Part shown: positions 51,986-64,000 of the stretch, in pieces
How positions within the stretch are numbered: the stretch's first letter is position 1
Layout of the letters: every line of letters starts with the position of its first letter
Assembly: GCF_001194135.2 (NCBI RefSeq)
Contig: NC_068982.1
Span: forward strand, 75,757,102 to 75,821,101
Direction: 5' to 3'
DNA from: Octopus bimaculoides
Taxonomy: Eukaryota
Length of the DNA stretch: 64,000 nucleotides
The notes under the pieces: model-generated
What the model saw: the letters and a program-made list of their open reading frames with translations, nothing else
Database searches by the model: none
Told to the model about the DNA's origin: nothing
Position numbers and translations under genes: made by a program

Positions 51986-52875
51986 CTTCTTGCATAATGC
52001 AAGTCAGTATGCTCTGCTGGATGTGTAATATTGGTGTGCATACACTACAGAGTGTAAGCACTCTGAAAGAAAAGTTGAACCTAAGAAGAATCAGATGTGG
52101 TATGCAAGAGAGACAACTGCGCTACTATGGTCATGTGTTGCGAATGGATGAGGACAGCTGTGTAAAAAAGTGTCACAGCCTAGCAGTTGAGGGAACCTGT
52201 GGAAGAGGTAGACCCACAAAGACCTGGGATGAGGTGGTGAAGCACAACCTTCGAACATAGTGACCGAGACCTTTGAAGATATACTGTGCTGGAGAAAACC
52301 CGACAAGTGAGACCATAACCCGTGGCCTATGCCAGTGGTGCATAACCAGCCTGCTTATGAGTAAGCTTAATTCATTGGACAATAAACTTTGCTTGCAAAG
52401 ACCTGTTGAGGCAAGTGAAATCAGAATCGCTGATGTGGCTGATGACAGTACATGATTGGCACTCATGCCAGTGGAACGTTAAAAGCACCATCCAAGCATG
52501 ACCATTGCCAGGGCCACTGACTGGCTCCTGTGCCGGTGACATGTAAAAAGCACCGTTTGTACATGATTGTTGCAGCGTCACCTTACTGGCACATGTGCCA
52601 GTGGCACGTGAAAAACAACATTCGAGCATGGTTGTTGCCAGTGCTGCCGGACTAGCTCCTGTGCAGATGGCATGTAAAAAACACCTTTTGAGTGTGGTCA
52701 TTGCCAGTACCGCCTGAATGGCCCTCGTGCCAGTGGACGTAAAAGCACCCACTACACTCTTGGAGTGGTTTGCGTTAGGAAGGGCATCCAGCTGTAGAAA
52801 CCTTGCCAGTTCTCAGTCAAACCGTCCAACCCATGCCAGCACGGAAAGCGGACGTCAGACAATGATAATGATGAT
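51985..52875 (+). mobile_element. RTE LINE 3' fragment with 3'UTR tandem subrepeats
   Basis: ORF 51874-52260 (LRYYGHVLRMDEDSCVKKC...GRGRPTKTWDEVVKHNLRT); GATGATG tail. Confidence 0.88.
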
Positions 52876-53444
52876 GAAATTGAATGCTGGTTACAAGGTG
52901 CAATAAACTAGACTAGAGGAAAGGAATAAAATATTAAATCTCAATGATGAAAGTGAGAGAAAAAGGAAGACGAAAAACCTCACCAAAAAAATATGAAGAA
53001 AAAAAACTATTAGAGGTATTCCAAGTATGAAAGGAAACCACTACCACATATCCATCCATAATGTAACTTGTAAGCAATGATAATGTTTAAAATAGTACAT
53101 AGGTATGAAGATAACTTATCTATAGAAAGCAAAGAACTTGGAATAGCATAAATAAGAAAAAGTAACTCCAGTATTCTCAAGAGTTCTGTAAAAGAAATTA
53201 CATAGAAGCATGCAGGACACAAGGGGATGGGATTCTAGCAGGCACAGACAAATTTAACTCTTTCATTTCAGAAGCAATTTACTCTGGCTTGTTTGATTGG
53301 ATAACATGAAGCTGCTGCTGTTGGAAAACTTTAACAACCTGTAACAGAACTAAAATAAAATTCTCACTATTTAACACTTGAAAAATAGCTAACATCCTGT
53401 TCTATTCTGTAGCGGTAATATATTATTTTTATTATCATCATTAT

Positions 53445-54265
53445 TAAAGCAGCAAGCTAGCAGAATCATTAGCATGTCAGATAAAATGCTTGGTGGTATT
53501 TCTTCTGGCTCTACATTTTGAGTTCAAATTCCTCTAAGGTTGACACTGCCTTACAAACTTTCAGGATTGATAAAATAAAGTACAAATCAAGTACTGGGAT
53601 TCAGGGATGAAAGTGACTTGCCACTTCTCTTCAAAATTGCTGGCCTTGCACCAAAATTAAAAAGAATTATTCAAACTGGCAGAATTGTTAGAGGATCAGG
53701 CTGAATTACTTGCAGTCTTTGTTCCAGCTCTCCGAGTTCAAATCCCACCTCCGTCATTTTACTGAATCGCTATAGTGTTGTAGTATTTCTTCTGGCTCTT
53801 GACATTCATATTTCAAATTCCAGCTAGGTCAACTCTGCTTTAAGGAGAGCAGATTGGCAGAATCATTAGAGCATCTGGAAAATGCCTTGAAGTGTTTCTT
53901 GTGGCTCTTTCATCCTTTCAAGGTCAATAAAATACCTTTCATCCTTTCAAGGTCAATAAAATATAGTACCAGTAAAGTATTGGGGTCAACAAAACCAACA
54001 AACCCCCTTCCCTTTAAAATTGCAGAACTTCTGCCTAAATTAGAAACAATTTCTTTTATTTGTTTTATTATCATTGGAAAAACTAATTTGTGGTATTTGT
54101 TCTGACATTTTACATTCTGGTTTCAAACCGTACCAAGGTTAATTTTACCTTTCATCTATCCAAGGGTGTTAAGATAAAGAACCAGTCAAGAACTGGGGTT
54201 GAAGGTATCAGCTAACTCCACTCTCTTCGAAATTTCAGGTTTCTGCCTATATTGGAAACCATTAT
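53445..54265 (+). mobile_element. Tandem array of ~4-5 family B SINEs (some partial)
   Basis: Repeated GGCAGAATCATTAG / GAGTTCAAATTC / CTTTCATCC units joined by ATT-rich linkers. Confidence 0.78.
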
Positions 54266-54618
54266 TGTACTGACACAACTCACCATCTTCAGAATATAAC
54301 TGCCCAAAATTTCAAACTATATGTCAAATGATTCAATGAAGGAGCTTCTATGTGGTCATTTGACCTACTAAAAACAGTAGCCAAATCTCTCTCAAATCAC
54401 TGCTGACAATCTTTAAAAGGGAAAATGATACACTGGACAAATGGATGGAACGAGTATGACTGCAACATCTTTGACTATAATTCAGCTAGAACAAAACCGA
54501 TCTGAACTAAACAACAATTTTCAAGAAATGATGCAGCAGATTGACAGGTTTTGGTAAGCAAGAGTTCACTGCGTGGTGTCAAAACTTCATATCATTATTA
54601 TTTAGTGTCTATATTCTA

Positions 54619-55913
54619 TTGGGTTGGCAACTAAGTTCCTGCCGGTTTTTTTTTAATTTAGGAATTTATTGCATTCTTAAATTTTGGAATCTATTTTTGA
54701 ATCATTTTGGAATCTATTTTGTTTTTTGGTTTCTTTTTTCCTAGTTAATTTTTGTTTATTTTTCAGATCATTAAAATGGAATGTCAAGTTAAGAAAAACA
54801 AGCATTTTTGACACCTCCTTTTTGCTTCTAATTAAGGTTCTAAGGCCACAAAAACTGCTTGCGACATTTGTGCTGTGTATGGAGAGGGTGCCATAGCTGA
54901 AAGAACTGCTCTTGATTGGTATGCCAAGTTCAAAAATGGAAATTTTGACCTCAAAGACGCACCTCGTTCTGGCCGTCCGGTTGAGTTCGATGAAAAGCGA
55001 TTAAACCAACTTTTGCACGAAAACTCTCGTCAAACGACAAGAGAACTGGCAGAGAAAATGGAATACTCCGACACTGCTATAGAAAAGTATCTTCACTCGA
55101 TGGGAAAGGTTCAGAAATATGGAGCATGGGTTCCACATGCTTTAAGTGACTACAAAATTCAATGCACCACAATCTCTTTTGGTTGGCTTGCTCGTCACCG
55201 CTCAACTCATGGACACAAGCAACGATTTCTTAACCGAATCGTTACTGGTGACGGAAAATGGTGCCTGTACATCAATATGAAGCAGCGTAAGGAATGGCTT
55301 AGCTCCGGTAAACAAGTGACACAGCGCGTGAAACAAGATCTTCATCCACATAAAACGATGTTGTGCATATGGTGGGACTGGGAAAGGATTATCCCATACA
55401 AATTGCTTGAACAGAACCAAACAGTCAACGCGGAACTCTATGTTCAACAGATGGAACGACTCAGCACGGCTATTCAAGAGAAAAGACCTAATCGGCAGCA
55501 TGGAGTTCTTCTGCTGTACGACAACGNNNNNNNNNNNNNNNNNNNNNNNNNCCCTCATATCGCCAATATGACCAAGGAAGCCATTCAAACGCATTGTTGG
55601 GAAGTGCTGCCACACCCGCCGTACTTTCCTGATTTGGCACCAACGGATTTCCACCTCTTTCGATCTCTTTCAAATGCTGTGCACGGAGTTTCTTTCAATT
55701 CTGATGCAGAATTGAATGCTTGGTTAGATCAATTTTTCAAGTCAAAATCGGGTGATTTCTACCAACGAGGTATTGAAAATCTTGTTGAACATTGGGAAGA
55801 AGTTGTAAACAACAAGAGTGAATACATTATTGATTAATTAGCTGTTATTTTTTATTAAACCTTTTAAAAAATTTAAATTTTAAAAAATGGCGGGAACTGA
55901 GTTGCCAACCTAA
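54619..55913 (+). mobile_element. Full-length mariner transposon (DD34D), 1295 bp as assembled
   Basis: TA TSD at 54617-54618 and 55914-55915; TIRs TTGGGTTGGCAACTAAGTTCCTGCCG / TTAGGTTGGCAACTCAGTTCCCGCCA. Confidence 0.96.
54776..55837 (+). pseudogene. Mariner transposase with two premature stops
   Basis: ATG at 54776 is in frame with ORF 54875-55837; TGA at 54809 and TAA at 54833. Motifs RSGRP, WVPHAL, TGDGKW, YDN..PH, HPPYFPDLAPTD; 34 residues lie between the second and third Asp if the N gap stands for A-R. Confidence 0.93.
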
Positions 55914-58781
55914 TATGTTGGCAGAGGTTGGACAGTTTGACAGGATCTGCATCATGCCCTATCTACTTTGGTATGATTTGTATAGCTGGATGCCCTTACT
56001 AATGTTAATCCCTTTACAGTATGTACTGGGAGCTTTTTCATGACACCAGCATTGGTGGGGTTGCCATGTAGGTTGCAAGACTACAAAACCCAAGTGAATC
56101 GGCTTTATGTTAGAAGATGAAGGGTTAATACATGAGAGAAGGGGCTAGAGCAAAATAAGTTTCTTGCTTTAGAGGAGCTACATGAATATTCACATTTTAG
56201 AAAAGGTAGGAAGTGATTGGGGTGAAGCTGGAAAGAGATAAAAGTAGTGGTCATGAGGTGTCTGGGTAGACCCTCAAAATATGAGGTAGATAGAAGAAGT
56301 AATGGAACGTGGGTGGGTAGAGGTTGTAATAGTGTATGGGAGACTGAGGGATGGGGAATGGTTGAGGGATGTGTGAATATAATGAATGAAGAACAAATGT
56401 TGAAGGGTGGATGTAGAGAATGATGCATAAATGGTTGGGGTGGCATGAGGATGAAGAGCAGCAGAATAGTAATGATGGTATAGTAGGCCAGGAAAAAATG
56501 GGAGATGACATGTGGTTGAGCAGGCTGCAAGAAGTTAGGAGAGAAAGAGACATGGTAGAAGAGGAGAGAATTTGGTGACCGGTGGGGTGGTGATCAATGT
56601 AAAATATCAGTGAAGAGAAAAACACAAGGATGAGAAAAACGCAAGTGTTACAACTTATATCCTCTTCCCATGTGGCCATGTTAGGGCAAAGGGAAGAGGA
56701 ATGGCATAAACAGCTGAGCCATTCAGTATTTAGTTTTGAATTCAAATTTTGTCAGGGTCAATAAAAATAAGGACATGCATTTGCTAGGATTAATTCAATT
56801 AATTATACCAACTCTACTACAAATTTGCAGGATTTTGTCAATATAAATCATTAAGACAAAAGGGACAACACATAAGACACAAAGTCCAATCAAATGATTT
56901 ATTCTATCTAGTTCATAGTCTCTAACTTCTTTTATTTTCTTTTGTTTCAATCATTGGACTTCTGCCACACTGGGCACCATCTTGAAGAGTTTTAAGCAAA
57001 TAAATCAACTCCAGTACTTCTTTTCCCTTTTAAGTCTGGTATTTATTCCATCAGTCTCTTTTGCCAAACTGCTAAGTTATGGTAATGTAATCAAACCAAC
57101 ACAGACACAAAGACATACACAGGGGTACATGTGCATGTGTGTGTGTGTATAAAATCAGTGAAAATGGATGTTAAATTATGATGATATTTACAAATATAAT
57201 ATACAAGAGGCTTCCACAGTTTCCTTCAACCAAATTCACTCACAAATCATTAGTTGGCCCTGGGTTACAGTAGAGGATACATGCCCAAAGTAGGTCTAGA
57301 CCTGAAACTACGTGGTTGCAAAGTGAACTTCTTAACCACACAGCTATGAGAAGGTTTGGGTAATTACATCAGACCTACGAACAAGATCTCATAGATGAAC
57401 TAACTCAGGATTAAGACACACAAGTAAAGAAACTCATACCAGCATATTAGAAAAAGAAAAAAAACAGTAAATAGAAAAACAAACATGTAAAAAAAAACTA
57501 GAAATTCACATGAAGTTTAAGCATGTAGAAATAATTTATGTAAGTTAAATGTTTGAAAATAAATTATTTTATATTTTAACTGCCTGAATATTGAAGATAA
57601 AGAGTTTCCTTTTTTTTAAAAAATGTTTTAATTATACAAGGACAGTTACAGATGAATAACAATTTTCACGCATTAGTCTTGTGATAAATTAAAGTGATAT
57701 TATTTAACCTGTACCATTGCATATTTCACATAGTATCAATTCTCATTATAGCAGTTAATAATTTTACTGCATAACTCTAAACCATTCACACTGTAAGGGA
57801 AAAAATATCATAAAAACCAGACATTTTAATACTTGTCCAGTTTATCTCTTTATGATTTAGCACTAAACAGGTAGAAGTCAAACCTCGGTTCCAAAATATT
57901 CCATATCAAAATGATTTATAAACAAGGCTATATTGATTAGCAGTCATGGTTTATTTTTTATAAATTCTTAGCAATGTGAGAATTCTAGCATCAAACAGAA
58001 ATCCTACATTTTAACTCCAAATTGTTTCTAATTAAAACTGAAATTCAATTTACAATATGTACTAACTGAAATCATAGAGCACAAGATAGATCACTTTTAC
58101 CTACCCACCTGCATGTCATCTCTTTCACACCCATTTATTTGCTGTATCACCATTTCTATTCTGCTATACTCCCACTACCCCATTAGACATTACCTACTCC
58201 ACCCACTCACAACAGGCACCCCTGCCCTACTCATTCCTACCCACCTTGTACTTTAAGATCCACTCTGACACCTCATCACCACTTACATCACTTTCCAACT
58301 ATCCACCTCCACTCTCACTTCTAAAATATGACTAATCATGAGGTTCCTCAACAGCAAGAAACCCATTCTGCTCAGGTGCTTTCTCTCATATATTACCCCT
58401 TCTTTACACATACTCCTAGCATAAAGTTTCCCTTCCCTTACTTGTGATTCATAGTTTTACAAGCTGCATAGCGACCTCACTAGCACAGGTGACATGAAAA
58501 AGGCACCCAGAACATACTGTAAAATGGTTGGCATTATGAAGAGCATGTAGCTGTAGAAATAATGCCAAACAAACACTGAAGCTTAATGCTGTCTTTAAGC
58601 CCACTGAATCCTGTCAAACAGTGCTACCCGTGCCAGTATGGAACATGAATCTTAACTGATGATGAAAGAATATATTTATTTTCCAAATGTAATTTTAGAG
58701 AAAGAGAATATTTTTTTTTCATTCATTTGTCGTAAAACATTTTTTTTTCTATTTTAGTATGGGCTAGATAAATACCTACTA

Positions 58782-59469
58782 CTGGACAATAAACCTTGCT
58801 TGTGAAGACCTATTGAACCAAATGAAATCAAAATCAAAATTGCTGACATGGCCATTGACAGTGCCGCCTGATTGGCACTTGTGCCAGTAGAACATTAAAA
58901 GAACATCCAAACATGGGGTGTAACTGGCCCACTTATGAGTACTCCTCATTCATTGGACAATGAACTTTGCTTGCGAAGACCTATTGAGACAAGTGTAAAC
59001 AAATCTAAATCGCTGATGTAGCTGATGACAGTACTACCTTATTGGTACTCATGCCAGTGGAACATTAAGAGCATATCCGAGCATGATCATTGCCAGGGCC
59101 ACGTGAAAAGCACCATTCGAGCGTGATCATTGCCAGCATCGCCTTACTGGCACATGTGTCGGTGGCACGTGAAAAACAACATTCGAGCATGGTTGTTGCC
59201 AATGCTGCTGGACTGGCTCCCATGCAGGTAGTTCGTAAAAACACCTTTTGAGCGAGGTCGTTGCTAGAACCGCCTGACTGGCCCTCAAGCCGGTGGCATG
59301 TAAAAAGCACCCACTACACTCTCAGAGTGGTTGGTGTTAGGAAGGGCAGCCAGCTGTAGAAACTTTGCGAGATCAGATTGAGCCTGGTGCAGTCTCTGGC
59401 TCACCAGTCCTCAGTCAAACCGTCTAACCCATGCCAGCATGGAAAGCGGACGTTAAACGATGATGATGA
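58782..59469 (+). mobile_element. RTE LINE 3'UTR fragment with tandem subrepeats
   Basis: Matches 52329-52875; ends GGACGTTAAACGATGATGATG. Confidence 0.85.
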
Positions 59470-60654
59470 GGGATTGTTTTATAGCCAGTGTCTTTTCTGT
59501 TACTAACCCTCACCTGTTCTTTCAAGTAAGGAATTTTTCCTTTTACTCACCTTTGAAAGTGCAGAACAAGCATATGACTTGTTAACAAAGAAGAGAGTAC
59601 TTTTTCAAGCAATGTACAGAATATAAACATTCATACAGAAATACCTGCATGACATACATATACACAATAGATTTTGTACAGTTTTTATCAACCAATTCAC
59701 TCACAAGGCATTGGGCAGTCTGGAGCAATAGAAAACACTTACCTGAGGTGCTGTACAGTGGAATTGAACCTAAGACCACAAGGTTAAGAACTTCTTAACC
59801 ACACTACCTGCACCTACCTATGTACCTTTTCTAAAAAATACATTTATATTACTGACCTGACATAATACATAGCAGAGTTTTTAAATACGTGTTTAAATAT
59901 GTAGTAAACTGATGTCATACATGCTGGAAAATATAGTATATTTTTACATTAAAGAATATATCTTTTGTTATCTAAAGTATTACTTAAAATTAGACTGCAC
60001 AAGTTTATATATATTTTAGCGTTTCTTTCACTAAAATGTCTAACATACAATTTTTCAACTTCATACAACAATAATGAGTAATGAAAATGAATTTAGCTTG
60101 CATATATGACACTTTAGTGAATAAATATAATATTGGTAGGAGTGGTGTCAAGCAATATGTGGATGCATTATTCAAGTTTTCCCAACAGAAGTTTCTTTGT
60201 GTTTTGCACCTGTTAATGTCATTGGCAGTACAACATAGTTTTATCTAAAATTGTATTTTCTGACATTAACATTTTCTAACATTGATAATATTATTTTCCT
60301 AGCAAGTATTTTTATTTTGTCTTGTATGCTATACTTCAAGCATGTTTAAATACCCCAGGGCGCAGCAAAAAAATCTCCCACACACTTTATGGGTAGACAA
60401 ACATTTCAACAGTAAATGTAGAGTGTGCACCAATCCAAACCATGTTGATAATTGAGATAAATGGTAAAACAGTAGCTATATGAAAACCCTGTTACTACCT
60501 GCAAAACTTCACAAGCAACACACTAATGGTCATGTAAAATATGGGAGGTTTTTCTGACACACCCAACAGAAAGTTAAAATATTTATTTTACTACTAACTT
60601 ACAAGCTAGGTAATGCAATACATGTTCCTAACACTTCAAGTCAGAAAATGATAA

Positions 60655-61027
60655 TAATAATAGTTTCAAATTTTAACACAAGGCCAGCAAGTTTGTGGAA
60701 TTACATCAACCCCTGTGCTCATCTGCTACTTACTGACCCAGAAAAGATGAAAGGTAAAGTTGATCTCAGTGAAATCTGAACTTAAAATGTAAAGACAGAA
60801 ATAATAATAATAATCCTTTTTACAACAGGCACAAGGCCTGAAATCTTGGGGAAGGAGGCTAATTGATTACGTCGATCTCAGTGCATAACTTGTACTTATT
60901 TCATCAACCCTGAAAGGATGAAAGGTCAAGTTGACTCCGGCAGAATTTGAACTCAATGTAAAGATTGACAAAATGCTGCTAAGCATTTTGCCCAGTATGC
61001 TAACAACTCTGCCAGCTCGCCGCCTTA
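60655..61027 (-). mobile_element. Two tandem family B SINEs
   Basis: GATGAAAGGT/AATTTGAACTC units with (AAT)n spacers; intact 5' end GCCAGCTCGCCGCCTT. Confidence 0.8.
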
Positions 61028-61626
61028 ATAATAACAATAAATAATAATGCCCTGATGCAGTACCAGTCACTGACTCTCAGGGCTTCTGATCTTAACTGAT
61101 TGGAAGTGTTATCTTGTACATATTTTGTCTCTTGGTATAAAAGATGGGCTACAGCAAATATTCTTCTCAATACTACAGATTTGCTTGCCAGTTGTTTGAC
61201 CTTAACCAGTTGAGCATGTCCCTTAGTGGCTGATGATATGTGCATCTCTGACCACAAGCAGAAGTAGTGAGGGAGCATCATAGCCAAGTGTTGAAAGGAA
61301 TTCTTTGAGGTCTGAATAATTCACCTCTGGAAACATGAGTGTTTTGTTCAACATCTTTAAACAACCCTTATTCAAGGACCTTTTGAGTGGGATGGGCTAC
61401 TTGACCTGAAGAAAATTCTAACTGGGCCTCACCTGCAAGGTCATGCATTGTTTATCTTGATATGAGATCACCATGTCATGCACATATGGTTGTGATGCAT
61501 GTGCCTAGTGTACCCTTATCAGATGGGTAATCATAATGAGTATACTGGGCTTTGTATATTTTACTCCAGTGTCACTTTGATGGCATACACTGCTTTCTCA
61601 CTCAATGATAATTTCAAATTTTGGCA

Positions 61627-62440
61627 AGTAGTACTAGACATCCATCGGTCTCGAGAGGCCATGGATCTGTGCTCAAAGAAATCATGTCAGCTGCTGATGG
61701 TGGTGTAGTGCCTGTTGTGGCAGTCACACATACAGCGACTGCATTTGAAGGAGTTCCCTGCCAGCGCTACTGATTTTTCCTTCCACCAAGTGCATTTTAT
61801 TTGCTGACAAGTTCCTGTTTTTCTTCTGCTCTCTTCATTCCCTTTTGCAGTATTTGCTTCCAGTGTAGGTGGTCACTTGCAACCTCCTCCCATCTCAAGA
61901 CGTCCAGATCAAACAACTTCAAATCCCTCTTACAGACGTGGCCAATTCCCCCATACAAGTCTTTTGAGATCCTTCCATCTGGTTTGCGATGAAAATGACT
62001 GAGCCAGCACAAACAACACTACTGGAGCAAGATGTGTATGCTGGGTTGGTCCACTTGATGACCAATATGCATTTCAAATTACAAAAGTGAAAGATGTTGA
62101 GACACCACTCCTGTCTAGAATAGATGCTCCATGTCTCACTGCCATAAAGTAGTGTAAAGCAATTTACAGAGAGTAATTTTGGTGTTTGGCAGCCAGTTTT
62201 TAGTTTTCCCAGACTCTCTTTGTGAGCCTGGCCAATGTGGAGGATGCTTACCCAATTCACCTGTTGATCTCAGGGTCCAGGGAGAGGTCATCAGCAATGG
62301 TAGAGCCGAGACAGGTGAATTGATGAACTACCACTAGCTTGTAGTTGATGGTAATGGTGGGAGCCTGCTTCCATTACTTGGGTTTTCTTCAGACTGATAG
62401 TCAGGCTGTTTTCCTGACAGGCCTTTGAAAGTTTGTCCAC
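61627..62440 (-). mobile_element. BovB-like RTE LINE 3' fragment (distinct from the dominant RTE family)
   Basis: Peptides FTCLGSTI..D.SLDPEINR, LLYGSETWSIYSRQE, and CKRDLK...WEEVASD...W. The 3' end reads CTCGAGACCGATGGATGTCTAGTACTACT rather than (GAT)n. Confidence 0.75.
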
Positions 62441-63364
62441 TTTTAACAAAAGATCAGCAATTTCAGGGAAGTGGGTAAGTCGATTATTTTGACCCCCCCC
62501 CCCCCAAAAGTGATCAACTGGTACTTATTTTATTGACCCCAAAAGGATGAAAGGCAAAGTCAACCTTGACAGAATTTGAACTCAGATATACGAAATCCCA
62601 CTAAGCATTTTGCCTGGCATGCAAACGATTCTGCCACCTAGATGCCTTGATAATAAGGAAGTACTATCAGCCAAAATCTAGACAGTTGACAAAGTATATA
62701 ATAATAAAAATATACATAAAATTCTTACACTCCTTTTATATTAAGAGAACAATACAAAATACATTAATGGCTAAAAACAGAAAATGACAAACTCAGACAG
62801 TTTACTGACATGCTTGATAATCACATTAGCTAGTCATAGACAGAAGAAAAAAAACACTGCCATCCTCTTCTTTCTACTCAGTTGAAAAATTTTGCTGTCT
62901 ATCGACCACTCACATCAAAATCACAAAATTTGCAATGTTTGTGTATGATTAAATCTCCAATGAATCATTAGGAAACTGGCAGCATGGTAATGTTAAGAAA
63001 AACAAGATTTTTTTTTTTAGCAAGTAATTTTAGAGCAGTTTTCTCCATTTATACAGTTAACACCCATTCAAGTTGTAAAGGCAGTATGGATGCAGTGTTT
63101 TTTTCACAAGTGAATGCCTGCTTGATGCCAACTCTACTGTTAAAGAGAGTGAACTGCCTCATTAGTCATCATTTATACCTAGGTTGTCTAAAGCAATGCT
63201 AAAATTGCTATGGCTATGAAAATTTATCTCAATTGTCTCATTAATTCAGTTTTAATAAATCTTCAAAATGAATTCTTTCTTTTGCTCTCTCTCTCACACA
63301 CACACAAGCACAAAAATATCATCATCATTTCACAATGCCTTTTCTATGCTGGGAGGAATTGAAC

Positions 63365-63370
63365 AAGCCA

Positions 63371-63407
<37 letters not shown>

Positions 63408-63538
63408 GTATGTATATATATATACACATACATACACACACACACACCTACTACATACATATATATATATACACACACACACACACACCTACTACATACA
63501 TATATATATATACACACACACACACACCTACTACATAC

Positions 63539-63578
<40 letters not shown>

Positions 63579-63667
63579 ACTACATACATATATATATATA
63601 CACACACACATACACCTACTACATACATATATATACACACACACACACACATACACCTACTACATAC

Positions 63668-63698
<31 letters not shown>

Positions 63699-63903
63699 TA
63701 CACCTACTACATACATATATATATATACACACACACACACACACCTACTACATACATATATATATACACACACACACACCTACTACATACATATATATAT
63801 ATACACACACACACACACCTACTACATACATATATATATATACACACACACACCTACTACATACATATATATATATACACACACACACACCCCTACTACA
63901 TAC

Positions 63904-63939
<36 letters not shown>

Positions 63940-64000
63940 ACTACATACATATATATATATACACACACACACACACCTACATTATATATATATATATATA
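63365..64000. repeat. Minisatellite with unit CCTACTACATAC(AT)n(AC)n, running off the window end
   Basis: Thirteen full CCTACTAC anchors and one partial between 63447 and 63980, with unit length varying through the dinucleotide tracts. Confidence 0.95.

Noticed and set aside
53445-53540. tRNA genes suggested by A/B-box motifs
   Set aside because: These are SINE heads continuing into SINE bodies, with no cloverleaf.

Overview
AT-rich, microsatellite-dense animal genomic DNA with five N gaps. The repeat families (RTE LINE ends with (GAT)n tails, tRNA-derived SINEs, a 220-bp TTAA MITE) look like those I recall from octopus genomes; the organism assignment is an inference. The only host exon I can support is the first coding exon of a citron Rho-interacting kinase (CIT) orthologue on the minus strand (10037-10248). 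Its downstream exons appear to lie left of the window and its non-coding first exon lies somewhere to the right. The rest is mostly intron or intergenic DNA filled with transposon relics: two Buster-type hAT elements, a full-span Tigger, an internally deleted piggyBac plus two related MITEs, a POGK-like pogo remnant, a near-intact DD34D mariner, a Kolobok-like MITE, a Helentron-like non-autonomous element, many RTE fragments (one BovB-like) and two SINE families. The most notable unexplained signals are (i) an intact 146-aa Myb/SANT-like ORF with splice signals on the strand opposite CIT (35752-36192), (ii) all seven DNA-transposase remnants pointing the same way (antisense to CIT), and (iii) a direct structural link between a piggyBac transposase relic and the common 220-bp MITE. 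No CRISPR array, rRNA or true tRNA gene was seen.
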